Assembly: GCA_963737905.1 (NCBI GenBank)
Contig: CAVTUQ010000009.1
Span: 32,001 to 96,000 of the forward strand
DNA length: 64,000 bases
Origin: an uncultured delta proteobacterium
Lineage (GTDB): Bacteria; Desulfobacterota; Binatia; UBA9968
Direction of reading: 5' to 3'
Position numbers and translations under genes: made by a program. Below are positions 11,532-20,719 of the stretch, in pieces; within the stretch, counting starts at the first letter, position 1; each line of letters starts with the position of its first letter. The notes below the pieces were generated by a model, which did not search any database, was not told the origin of the DNA, and saw nothing but the letters and a program-made list of their open reading frames with translations.

Positions 11532-12230
11532 TCACTCATCGGCCTTTACACCGCCAGGAACTTCTCGTGGCGTTTTCTTGCAGAGGCCCTCGAGCGCTAA
11601 AAGAGAAAATTTCGTAATATGTTCGGTCAGTCTCTCGACTTCTCTGGAGTCATATCGCTGTTCGGGGTACAGCCGAGTGATCACTGGTCGTGCACGCCGA
11701 TAATAGACACATTGACTCACAACGCTGAGGGCGCTCAAGCGAACAACCTCATCGTCTGCCGCTGGACCGAGCAGTTCCCGGACGATGGAAGACAGCTCCT
11801 GGTGGAGTGGACGGGCGCCTTCTTCGACAAGCATATCAAGAGCACGTGTCGGTTCGATCATCTCTCGCATCATGATCTTTGTATGCCAGCCCGGTCGCCC
11901 TTCATCGAAGATGCGAAGCAACAGCGACCGAACATAGACGCGGAATTTCTCTTCGGGGGTGGCCGCTGGGTTTACGCCGAGATTGGGTGGATATTTCTCC
12001 GCAGTCGCTCTGTGCACTGAGCGGAGGACCGCCATATAAAGTCCCTCTTTGTCACCAAAATGGTAATTGACGGCAGCAATATTGGCTCTGGCTTTTTCGC
12101 AGATCTGCCTCACCGTGGCTGCGCGATAACCGTGCTCGGCGAAAATCTCACCGGCGGCCTCTAAGAGACGCTTTTCCGTCCCGGAAACCAAATTTGCAGT
12201 TTTCGTTTCGTTCTCGAACATACGTTTCAA
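11532..12230 (-). CDS. TetR-family regulator, CecR/YbiH-like
   Basis: HTH ATVRQICEKARANIAAVNYHFGDKEGLY; heads the efflux operon; start may be ATG 12221. Confidence 0.88.
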   Translation of the reverse strand: MKRMFENETKTANLVSGTEKRLLEAAGEIFAEHGYRAATVRQICEKARANIAAVNYHFGDKEGLYMAVLRSVHRATAEKYPPNLGVNPAATPEEKFRVYVRSLLLRIFDEGRPGWHTKIMMREMIEPTRALDMLVEEGARPLHQELSSIVRELLGPAADDEVVRLSALSVVSQCVYYRRARPVITRLYPEQRYDSREVERLTEHITKFSLLALEGLCKKTPREVPGGVKADE

Positions 12231-12239
12231 GCAATTGTA
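12214..12239 (-). promoter_or_regulatory. Putative -10 box (TACAAT) and imperfect palindromic TetR operator
   Basis: TACAAT at 12239-12234; TTGAAACGTATGTTCGA overlaps the TetR start. Confidence 0.4.
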
Positions 12240-12381
12240 TTAGAGTCCACAAACATCTTGATGGTGCTCCTGCTCTTGCACCTGGTCATAAAAAACTCGA
12301 CGATGTCACCCGAATTGGGGAACGTGACAGCACCCAATCAAGCCGATGGCTTGTTGGATGACTCAAGTAGGGACTAAAAAA

Positions 12382-12903
12382 TCAGAGATTAAGAACCGGA
12401 GAGAAGTTGTGATTCAAGCGGTTGGAGTCAATCAACGAATGCTGTACGAAACAGATTCTATAATCTGTGGCAACGAGTTGGGGTGATGGGGGAACCTCGC
12501 CAATTTGCTGTGGACGCTCGGCCATCGGGCCTTGCTCTTTCACCACCAGACCCCTTCTGAGGTTATCTCGTTCAGCCCTGCCGAGAACTCGGCGCAGCGC
12601 GTGATCATAGGTAATATATTTCGCCACCCCAGTGGAGAAATGTCTGTACGTCGCGAAGCTGCCGGACAGGAACACCAGGGCAACAACAAAGATCATCCCG
12701 CGCGTGATTCGCCTTTGCCTAAGATCGCTCATAACCAATGATAATATGCTAGACCCCGCTGGTACAATGTCAAGCTCGCAATAACCATGAGTGCACATTT
12801 TAGGATCACATATAGCCATTTCAGTGGCCCTTCTTGCCTCGTATTTCCGACAGATCATGCGCTGTGACAGAAATGTGTAGATGGTGTGGCTTTCTTGTAA
12901 CAT
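12382..12903 (-). CDS. Hypothetical protein (real start probably internal, near MIFVVALV)
   Basis: ORF with hydrophobic signal-like stretch; ends SPVLNL. Confidence 0.35.
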   Translation of the reverse strand: MLQESHTIYTFLSQRMICRKYEARRATEMAICDPKMCTHGYCELDIVPAGSSILSLVMSDLRQRRITRGMIFVVALVFLSGSFATYRHFSTGVAKYITYDHALRRVLGRAERDNLRRGLVVKEQGPMAERPQQIGEVPPSPQLVATDYRICFVQHSLIDSNRLNHNFSPVLNL

Positions 12904-13058
12904 CGCCGCGGTTTTTCTTCGCCGTCATCAAGAACTTCAACGGCAATTCCAAGTTTCCGGGCTTCATCAGCGCAGACCTCACACACTTTCATGTCTATTA
13001 TGTCAGTATGGACCCGGTATTTCGCCTCTTTGCCTGTCAAGCATCGTTGGCATTCCAT
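12855..13058 (-). CDS. Small Cys-rich (CxxC...CxxC) hypothetical protein
   Basis: MECQRC...VCEVC; AAGGAG SD upstream. Confidence 0.6.
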   Translation of the reverse strand: MECQRCLTGKEAKYRVHTDIIDMKVCEVCADEARKLGIAVEVLDDGEEKPRRCYKKATPSTHFCHSA

Positions 13059-13299
13059 TGCCGATCTCCTTAAAAGCTATGTGTCGCTGCAACTTTTTCT
13101 CCTTGTACTCGTACTGACTCGGACCTGCTCGGCCCTTACACTGGAGGATTTGTTGCGTTTTTCGGAAATAACGCAGCCGCTTTTGGAACCAAGTTTGCTG
13201 TGGCCAGTCCCAATTTTGCCTCGGGAGTCTATCTCCGTCATACGCACCTCTGTTCACTTTGCTTTGAAGAAAAATTAGCTGCCAGTAGCTCATGAGCAT
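13003..13299 (-). CDS. Hypothetical protein
   Basis: AAGGAG SD before ATG 13299, downstream of a sigma54-type promoter; frame ambiguous (alternative 54-aa ORF from ATG 13241). Confidence 0.3.
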   Translation of the reverse strand: MLMSYWQLIFLQSKVNRGAYDGDRLPRQNWDWPQQTWFQKRLRYFRKTQQILQCKGRAGPSQYEYKEKKLQRHIAFKEIGNGMPTMLDRQRGEIPGPY

Positions 13300-13323
13300 T
13301 TTCTCCTTTCGAAATATGGGAAG

Positions 13324-13339
13324 GGCAAGAACAATGCCA
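13324..13339 (-). promoter_or_regulatory. Sigma54 -24/-12 promoter
   Basis: TGGCATTGTTCTTGCC (GG-N10-GC). Confidence 0.65.
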
Positions 13340-13751
13340 GGAAACTGAAGAATTTGACTTAGCCCGGAACGAAAGTGCAATGAATGACATGCCGCTTGCG
13401 GAACGAATCAAATGAGTGCCGAAGACTCGAAGAACTCCACTCCACTTCTCTCCTCGCTACGATTTGATCCGTCGTGGCCGTCGGATGGGCAGTGTCGGCT
13501 ACGGCGGGCGCGATTGCAGACAGCCAGCTTGAAATATTATCGTTCGCGGCAATAAACCATAGCTCGGCGCCTGCCGCATCGATCGTGACCGAAAGACTTC
13601 AGAGTCGTTATTCACTCGGGCAACGGTTTTCAGAGTCCCGAGGTTGCAGCGTTCTCGATTGCGGCCAAATGCATCGACGCATGCAATTAGCCTCACCTAG
13701 TTAGTCGGCGGCTAACAGGACACGCCGCAATGAATTCACAGGAGTATTTGT

Positions 13752-13767
13752 TGGCACACGCCCTGCT
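13752..13767 (+). promoter_or_regulatory. Sigma54 -24/-12 promoter
   Basis: TGGCACACGCCCTGCT. Confidence 0.6.
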
Positions 13768-14036
13768 AATTAGCGGTCAATAAAGATGAAAAGGAAACGA
13801 GGTGGCAAAGGTGAAAAGACTGACTTTGTTGGCGGCGGCATAGTTTAGACGCCGCCGGTGATATTCCGTCGGCTCTGTCGGCTCGCACAACGCTCCAGCT
13901 GCACCGCTCTTTATCCGACGCCGGCAATCGCCGATTGCACAAGAGCAGAAAAGGGACTATTTTTTACGAGCGGCATTTGTAAATCTCGTGATACGCCGAG
14001 ACGTCTTAATTAAGTGAGATTTGGGGAAGGAAATTT

Positions 14037-14459
14037 ATGAAAAGGTATGTGTTGGTGAGTCTTTTGGCGTTGCTCCTGATTCCTTCGTACAGCTTTGCGC
14101 GTGGTTGGGGCTACGGAGGTTACGGTTATCGGGGCTACGGAGGTTATTGGGGTGGCGCCGTGGCTGCCGGGGTGTTGGGAGGCTTTGCTACCGGCGCCGT
14201 TCTCGGCGCGTTTGCGCCGTGGCCCGGCTACTATCCGGCGCCTGCTTACTATGGCCCTTGGGGATATCCCTATTATTCCTATCCCGGTCCCTATTATCAG
14301 CCTGCCCCTGTAGTCGTGCAGCAGCCTGGACCTGTCTATCAGCAAGCTCAACCACAGTACTGGTACTGGTGCGATAATCCTCAGGGGTACTACCCCTACG
14401 TCCAAAACTGTCCGTCCATCTGGAAGCAGGTGGTCCCGCAAACTGCACCTAACAGGTAG
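14037..14459 (+). CDS. Secreted Gly/Tyr/Pro-rich protein with C-terminal WYxC..GYYPYV..C..W motif
   Basis: Signal peptide (SFA); shares C-terminal motif with 25236-25679. Confidence 0.75.
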   Translation: MKRYVLVSLLALLLIPSYSFARGWGYGGYGYRGYGGYWGGAVAAGVLGGFATGAVLGAFAPWPGYYPAPAYYGPWGYPYYSYPGPYYQPAPVVVQQPGPVYQQAQPQYWYWCDNPQGYYPYVQNCPSIWKQVVPQTAPNR

Positions 14460-14665
14460 CAGGGGAGGAAGCGTTAGGAGCTTTGATGGGGAGCTGTAGG
14501 TTTGTGAGTAGAGTGGAGAGCGAATCACGTTTCATGAATTCTGGATTCATAACGCAAGAAGAGTTTTCGTCAGATCTATGTCTACGCGGAAAGCTCTGCC
14601 CAGGTTACAGCGGCTCTCCTAGTAAGAAAACGACGAAGACTCTCGAGTTCGGAGAAGCCCGCGAT

Positions 14666-14908
14666 CTACCGCCATGCGTGCGTTGCCCAATCAATCAAAC
14701 CAACTGGCAGCCGCCAGCTCGCCTTCATGGTTGTAGAGCTCCTAATAATCGGCAGACCTTTCGGTGGTCGGATCGTTATAAACGGCCACGATCCCGGCAT
14801 CTCCGCACCGTCACTGGTTTCCAGAGGCTCCGCTGCTGCGTCGGCAAAAAAAAATAACTGACTGACAAGTGCCAATAGGGCAAAACATTTTTCAATCTTG
14901 ATAGTCAT
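14666..14908 (-). CDS. Small hypothetical secreted protein
   Basis: Signal-peptide-like N-terminus; directly downstream of tatA. Confidence 0.4.
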   Translation of the reverse strand: MTIKIEKCFALLALVSQLFFFADAAAEPLETSDGAEMPGSWPFITIRPPKGLPIIRSSTTMKASWRLPVGLIDWATHAWR

Positions 14909-14921
14909 GGCCTAAATTGTT

Positions 14922-15089
14922 TCATTTATTCTGCCTATTTTCGGAGTCAGGTCCCGTCAAGGCTTTTTTGAAGCCGCGGAGCGTTTCTCCAATCGATTTT
15001 CCTACTTCGGGAAGCTTTCCCGGGCCAAATAGGACAAGCACGATGATGAAAATGACCAGCAGTTCCGGAAGACCGATATCGCCCAGCAT
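14922..15089 (-). CDS. tatA: Twin-arginine translocase TatA/TatE subunit
   Basis: Below ORF-track cutoff; MLGDIGLPELLVIFIIVLVLFGPGKLPEVGKSIGETLRGFKKA (55 aa). Confidence 0.92.
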   Translation of the reverse strand: MLGDIGLPELLVIFIIVLVLFGPGKLPEVGKSIGETLRGFKKALTGPDSENRQNK

Positions 15090-15091
15090 CG

Positions 15092-16588
15092 CTATTCTTC
15101 TTTCCGCAGTGCGAGGAACATCGTGTTGTCTTGGCGCTGTACCAAGAAGAGAACGCTCTTGCTCTGTGGGGTGCTTTCCACCGCCTTTCTATAGTCAGAC
15201 ACGTCTCGTATCGGCTTGCGATTGATTTCGCGGATGATATCGCCGGCTTGCAAGCCCGCTTCGTCGCCGACGCTGTCCGGCGCTACTGCGGTGATCACGA
15301 CTCCGCGCGTACTGTCTAGACCGAGGCTTTCGGCAACGGCAGGGGTAATTTGCTCCACTGTAAGTCCCAGGTCTCCTTTCTCGGTAGTCGCAGCCGCCAC
15401 TTCCTCTTCCTTCATTTTTTCGATGGTAACAGGAAGCGTCGTTTCCTTTTTGTCGCGGAGGACCTCGAGGGAGACGGTCTTACCCACCGGCGTGCCGGCC
15501 ACTAAAAAGGGCAGGTCATTAGCGTTGTTGATTTCTTTGCCCTGGTATCCGACGATGACATCTCCGGCCTTCATCCCAGCACGGTCTGCAGGACTGTTAT
15601 GTACGACGCTGCTAACCAGCGCCCCCTTCACCGTTTCTAGGCCTAGCGAAGCAGCAAGGTCCGGGGTCATACCTTGGATCGACACGCCAAGCCAGCCGCG
15701 CGTTACCTTTCCAGCGCTCTCGAGCTGGGGCAACAGTTCCTTGACCAGGTTGATCGGGATAGCAAAGCCGATACCGATATTCCCTCCCGACTCACTGAAG
15801 ATGGCACTGTCGATACCGACGACCTCGCCCCGCAAATTAATCAGCGGTCCGCCTGAATTGCCGGGATTTATGGAGGCGTCGGTCTGAATGAAATGGTCAT
15901 AGGGACCCGCTCCGATTTGTCTATCTTTGGCGCTGACGATACCCGAGGTCACGGTGTTGTCGAGACCAAAGGGATTGCCGATCGCCATAACCCATTCTCC
16001 CACCTCAAGCCGGTCCGAATCTCCTAGTTGAGCTGTGGGAAGATCTTGAGCGCTAATCTTAACGAGAGCGATATCTGTTTTCTGGTCCTTTCCTACTACT
16101 TTCCCACTAAATTCCCTGCCATCCGACAGCCTAACGGTGATCTTATCGGCGTTATCCACCACGTGATAGTTCGTCAGGATCAGCCCATTTTGCTGGAGGA
16201 TAAAACCGGAGCCAAGGCTCCTCTGTTTGAATTGTCCCCGAGGGGAAGGAGATCCAAAGAATCTTTTCGAGAATTCACCGAATGGATCGTTTTGATCAGG
16301 AGAATCCTGAGCGTCCACCCCTTTTGTGATCTGGGTCGTCGAGATATTTACAACCTCGGGCTTGAGTTTCTTCGCCAAGGCAACGAAGTCGGGGAGTCCT
16401 TGCGCTGCCGCTATCGGCTGGGGCTTCTGAACCGCAGCATTGCGAAAAGGATAGAGAGCCTCGATGCGCGAAAATCCACCATGACTGGTGCTCACTCCTA
16501 CTCCCAAACCTATAAGCAAGAACATCAAACTCAATGCGGCCACCGCATAACCCCATGGTCTGTTCTGCTTGTGTATCAACAGCTTCAT
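15092..16588 (-). CDS. degP: DegP/DegQ (HtrA) periplasmic serine protease with two PDZ domains
   Basis: LGSGF, LTNYHVV, TDIAL, QTDASINPGNSGGPL. Confidence 0.93.
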   Translation of the reverse strand: MKLLIHKQNRPWGYAVAALSLMFLLIGLGVGVSTSHGGFSRIEALYPFRNAAVQKPQPIAAAQGLPDFVALAKKLKPEVVNISTTQITKGVDAQDSPDQNDPFGEFSKRFFGSPSPRGQFKQRSLGSGFILQQNGLILTNYHVVDNADKITVRLSDGREFSGKVVGKDQKTDIALVKISAQDLPTAQLGDSDRLEVGEWVMAIGNPFGLDNTVTSGIVSAKDRQIGAGPYDHFIQTDASINPGNSGGPLINLRGEVVGIDSAIFSESGGNIGIGFAIPINLVKELLPQLESAGKVTRGWLGVSIQGMTPDLAASLGLETVKGALVSSVVHNSPADRAGMKAGDVIVGYQGKEINNANDLPFLVAGTPVGKTVSLEVLRDKKETTLPVTIEKMKEEEVAAATTEKGDLGLTVEQITPAVAESLGLDSTRGVVITAVAPDSVGDEAGLQAGDIIREINRKPIRDVSDYRKAVESTPQSKSVLFLVQRQDNTMFLALRKEE

Positions 16589-16755
16589 TTGCTTTTCTCC
16601 TCATAAACCGCACGTAAACCGTAAAAACCTTGTCCTCAGATTTTCAAGACGCTTTCAGGATACTGTCCTTCAACGCCCCTCCTGTCTGCCGTCATTTTCG
16701 TTGCTCCGAATACACGGTCGACGAATCCGAAAACTTCACCGCTAAGAGACATATC

Positions 16756-16771
16756 AGCAAAACTTGCGCCA
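16756..16771 (-). promoter_or_regulatory. Sigma54 promoter upstream of degP
   Basis: TGGCGCAAGTTTTGCT. Confidence 0.7.
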
Positions 16772-16944
16772 CGGATTGGCGTTCACATTGACCGGGCGAG
16801 CCATTCGTTTAAAAGGTGTGTGTAACTATGTGACTCATCAAAAACCTAGAAGTGTGGCCAAACGGCAAAATGGCAGGGCAAACTGTCTCAGTCTTGTGAA
16901 CTCCCATGAGCTCTGCGAAGCGGCAGCCCAGTGTTTTTGTAGAA

Positions 16945-16960
16945 TGGCATCCCTCTTGCT
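16945..16960 (+). promoter_or_regulatory. Sigma54 promoter
   Basis: TGGCATCCCTCTTGCT, 40 nt before ATG 17001. Confidence 0.7.
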
Positions 16961-17000
16961 CAATTGCGAAAAACAGCAAAGAAAGAAAGGAGGTGAAATC

Positions 17001-17324
17001 ATGAAGAAGCTCAAAGCAAACTGGTCGATACTGCTCGTAGTCGGTGTTCTCGGAATAAGTGGTGCCGCCGTTGCCGCTGATGGTGTGGTGATTCAAGGGG
17101 AACTAAACCCGGGAAGTTATTGTCACGAGAAGTTTCCGGCGATGCGCACGCGCACCCTAGACGATAATCAACCCCAGCTGAAAGACTCAGGCACCGGAGA
17201 CGTAATCGACTACTATGGGCCGTGTGACGAGGATCCTGCGGGAGCAGATCAGATCGTGGCTCAAAAACTCGAACAGCAACACCACATGGAAGGGTCTAAA
17301 GGCGGAGAAAATGGTCGCTTTTGA
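17001..17324 (+). CDS. Small secreted protein with YCHxKFP...DxIDxYGPCxEDP motif
   Basis: AGGAGGT SD, signal peptide; paralogue at 26028-26341. Confidence 0.8.
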   Translation: MKKLKANWSILLVVGVLGISGAAVAADGVVIQGELNPGSYCHEKFPAMRTRTLDDNQPQLKDSGTGDVIDYYGPCDEDPAGADQIVAQKLEQQHHMEGSKGGENGRF

Positions 17325-17461
17325 TTGAAGGGGCGAGGCGCTTGGTGACCCATGACGCCAGCTCGGCGGTGGAGGAGAGGTGTCCCTCTCCTCATACCGT
17401 TGGTCTATTGGTTTTTGACAGAGTGACGGTTCACAAGTGGACACAAAGGGAGGCAAAATCC

Positions 17462-17923
17462 ATGAACAAGATTGCAATTGGAAGCGTTGGTTTATTTCTT
17501 TTAGGCGCGAGTCCTGTTTTCGCGAATTCCGTAACGGATTCAGTTTTGCAGCCCGAAGTGCAAACTTACAACGGTATTCCGTATATGAGTGGTGGGTTTG
17601 GATTGGAAGAGCGGACCGAACTGCGGGCGATGAGTAAAAGCGATAACTTGGAGCTCAGTTTCGCGCTCAAAAATAAGGATTATTTGAGCGGCGCTGACGT
17701 TCTTGTTAAAAACGATCAAGGTAAAGACATCCTCAAAGCGGTGTCCGATGGTCCATTGTTTTTTACAAAGCTTCCAGCGGGAAAATACACGATCGAAGCA
17801 ACGGCGGAGGGCCGAACCAAAGAGCAGGTAGCCCAAGTGCCGGCCAAGGGTCAGACGCGAATCTATTTTGCGTGGAGGGAATCGAACCAGCGGCCCGCAA
17901 CTCAAAGTTTGGCAAAGAAGTGA
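17462..17923 (+). CDS. Secreted carboxypeptidase-regulatory-like domain protein
   Basis: Signal peptide; PYMSGGFGLEER and DGPLFFTKLPAGKYTIEA. Confidence 0.75.
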   Translation: MNKIAIGSVGLFLLGASPVFANSVTDSVLQPEVQTYNGIPYMSGGFGLEERTELRAMSKSDNLELSFALKNKDYLSGADVLVKNDQGKDILKAVSDGPLFFTKLPAGKYTIEATAEGRTKEQVAQVPAKGQTRIYFAWRESNQRPATQSLAKK

Positions 17924-18346
17924 TCCTTGCATTCTGATTCTTTCGAGCAGGGGCCAGGAAAATTTCCGGTCCCTGCATTCTTTTTATAACCACAAGCACT
18001 AAGTGACTGACAGCTTGACTCGGGTCATGAAAGATACCTGGCTCCGGCTAGAAGCAGGGGAGCTGCGGTGCGTTGGACCCAGCGCTTGAGCCCGAGGGGT
18101 TTCACGAACATGTTGACCGCCATTTCATAGGGATAGTAGCTCCTAGCAAGAAGCCTCCAGCGCTGCGGTTCTTATGCCACGGCTCTAGCGATATACTTCT
18201 CGCTAAATAGCTTCCATCTGACGGTCCAGAAGTCATAGAGCCATTCCCACACAAGCTTGAGGCAAATTGGCTCTCCTGCCACACATCTTTGCCACGCTGC
18301 GCTCATCCAGAATGTTTTGATCAGCGAAAACTTCGTGAATGTTCTA

Positions 18347-18362
18347 TGGCATTCTTCTTGCG
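18347..18362 (+). promoter_or_regulatory. Sigma54 promoter
   Basis: TGGCATTCTTCTTGCG. Confidence 0.65.
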
Positions 18363-18404
18363 CTGTCTGCGGAGATTCCGTGCAGCATAAAATAAGGAGA
18401 ATCT

Positions 18405-18683
18405 ATGGCAGAACAAGCAAAAGTCGTTTCAATGGAACTTGAACAAAGACAGGCCCTACCTGAGTGCTCGTGGGACGAACTCAGCGAGCCAGGAACCTAT
18501 GTGGATAAAGAAACGGGAGATATTTATCGAATTCCCAAGGCGCTAATTCAAGAAGCAGCCCCGTTGATTCGCAGGGCGGGCTTACGGACGGCCAGACTTG
18601 TTCAGCTTAGTAAAAATCCTTTTATGACGAATTTTGTGGCCCGGATTACGTGTGCCGAGCATAGCATCAAATCCAACTTTTAG
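18405..18683 (+). CDS. Hypothetical protein (WDELSEPGTYV..TGDIYRIP)
   Basis: AAGGAG SD, sigma54-type promoter upstream. Confidence 0.65.
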   Translation: MAEQAKVVSMELEQRQALPECSWDELSEPGTYVDKETGDIYRIPKALIQEAAPLIRRAGLRTARLVQLSKNPFMTNFVARITCAEHSIKSNF

Positions 18684-18761
18684 TTCTTCACCGGGCGGGA
18701 CCCACGCCCTGGTTTCTACGGATTATTTAAGGGACGCTTCGCCGCCCTTTCCGGCCGATAC

Positions 18762-19178
18762 CTATTTAGATCGACAAGGGTGGGAGCTTTGTCGATCCGA
18801 AGAGTTCGAGTTTGCCTCTTTGATGGAGCCGCCCAAAGCTCTCGCGACCGTCTCGAGGAGACGCTCTGCGGCGAAGGGTTTGGACAAAAGTGGCACGCCG
18901 AGGTTTTGGGTTCTCTTCTGCAAGGCCTCGTCGGCAAAGGCAGAAATCAAAATGATCTTCGCTTGCGGATTATCCCTTTTGAGATCTTCAATGAGCTCTG
19001 TTCCTAGGACCAGCGGCATTCGCTCATCGAGAATAAAAAGGTCATAGGACTCGTAAAGCGACTTCTCGTATCCCGAGAGCCCGTCCGTGGTCCACACCAC
19101 TTGCATCCCTTTATTCTCCAGAACCTCGGCCAAAAGCTGACAGAAGGTCTCGTCGTCATCTACGATCAGAACACGCAC
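18762..19178 (-). CDS. Single-domain response regulator (receiver)
   Basis: VLIVDDD, FILDERMP, ISAF, SKPF; GTG start 19178 with GGAGG SD. Confidence 0.85.
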   Translation of the reverse strand: MRVLIVDDDETFCQLLAEVLENKGMQVVWTTDGLSGYEKSLYESYDLFILDERMPLVLGTELIEDLKRDNPQAKIILISAFADEALQKRTQNLGVPLLSKPFAAERLLETVARALGGSIKEANSNSSDRQSSHPCRSK

Positions 19179-19324
19179 TATCTGCCTCCCCTCTTTGTGT
19201 GAGAGCAAGAAAGATGCCGCCAGGCAATTTAGCGAGAGGCTTTCTGCGGACTTCTTCTCGGGTTTATGGGGCATAGGACCTCCACGCGGCTGCGGCGATG
19301 CTGCAGAAACAGGGGGCATTTGCC

Positions 19325-20719
19325 TCAGCCTTGCTTGAAAAACGGTTCGATTTTAAAGCGAGCGAGCATACGGTATAAAGAGCGCCGGTCGATATTCAGA
19401 GCTCTCGCGCTGCGGGACACGTTTCCCTGATTGTGTTTGAGGACATGAAGCACATAGCGCTTTTTAACCTCCTCCAAAGTCGGCGTATCGGGAAAAAGAA
19501 ATTGTTCATTCTGAGAGTTGATTTGAAAAGACTTTGCAGCCTCGTGATCACGTACCGCCTCCGGCAAATCGTCCGGCGTCAGTATCGATTGATAAGAGAG
19601 AGCGACCGCCTGCTCGATGGCATTTTCCAGTTCGCGAATATTTCCCGGCCAGCTATAGGCGGAGAGCAACTCCATCGCCTTGTCGGAGATGGCGGTTATG
19701 GATTTGGCGCTTTCTTGGCTGTAGTGCTGTAGAAAATGGCGGGCCAAAAGCGGGATGTCTTCCACTCGCTCCCGCAGAGGCGGGAGATGGATGGCGACCA
19801 CATCCAGACGGTAATATAAGTCTTGGCGAAAATTCCCTTTACTGACTGCTTCAGCTAAGTTGTGATTCGTGGCAGCAACAACCCGAACGTCTACCTTTAC
19901 CCAATCTTTGCCGCCGACGCGTCGGATCTCATGCTCTTGGAGGACGCGCAGGAGGCGAGCCTGCATGTTTGAGCTGATGCCGCCGATTTCGTCGAGAAAG
20001 CAAGTACCGCCTTGAGCTTCCTCAAAAACTCCTTTTTTGTCTGCCAGCGCTCCGGTAAAGGCGCCCCGCACATGGCCGAAGAGTTCACTTTCGAGAATCG
20101 TCTCGGTCAACGCCCCACAATCCACCGCTACAAAGGGGCGGTTGGCCCGCGGACTGTGCTGGTGAATCGCTCGAGCAATTAGTTCCTTGCCTGTTCCACT
20201 TTCGCCGAGAATAAGCGCGGTGCTTTTCGTCGGCGCGACCCGGGCTACGGTTTTATAGACTTCCAGCATGGCCGGACTCTTGCCAATGATCTTGCCGAGC
20301 TGCTGCGGGTTCTCCTCGTCCCCGCCGTTGCCCGTTTCCGCGCGCCGCTGCAATGCCCGCTGGGCTAATGCCCGCGATACCGTCTTTTTTAGCTCCGCCA
20401 AGTTCATAGGCTTCGAGATGAAGTCAAATGCGCCCTCGTGAATAGCCTCGACGGCGGTTTCAATGGATCCAAACGCGGTCATCACAATGATCGGCAACCA
20501 GGGATATTTTTCATGAACGATGCGGGTTACTTCCAAGCCTGATGTCCCCGGCATCCGGACGTCGATGATCAGCAAATCGGGCGTCTCTTCATGCAACCGC
20601 GAAAGCGCCACTTCCCCCGAGGTTGCTTGTTCCACCTGGAATCCTTCCGATTCCAATGTTTCGGCAAAAAGCTGGCAACTCACTACATCGTCGTCAGCAA
20701 TCAAAATATGCGCGCTCAT
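19325..20719 (-). CDS. Sigma54-dependent response regulator (NtrC/AtoC family)
   Basis: Receiver, GESGTGKE, ESELFGHVRGAFTGA, WPGNIRELEN, Fis-type HTH. Confidence 0.95.
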   Translation of the reverse strand: MSAHILIADDDVVSCQLFAETLESEGFQVEQATSGEVALSRLHEETPDLLIIDVRMPGTSGLEVTRIVHEKYPWLPIIVMTAFGSIETAVEAIHEGAFDFISKPMNLAELKKTVSRALAQRALQRRAETGNGGDEENPQQLGKIIGKSPAMLEVYKTVARVAPTKSTALILGESGTGKELIARAIHQHSPRANRPFVAVDCGALTETILESELFGHVRGAFTGALADKKGVFEEAQGGTCFLDEIGGISSNMQARLLRVLQEHEIRRVGGKDWVKVDVRVVAATNHNLAEAVSKGNFRQDLYYRLDVVAIHLPPLRERVEDIPLLARHFLQHYSQESAKSITAISDKAMELLSAYSWPGNIRELENAIEQAVALSYQSILTPDDLPEAVRDHEAAKSFQINSQNEQFLFPDTPTLEEVKKRYVLHVLKHNQGNVSRSARALNIDRRSLYRMLARFKIEPFFKQG

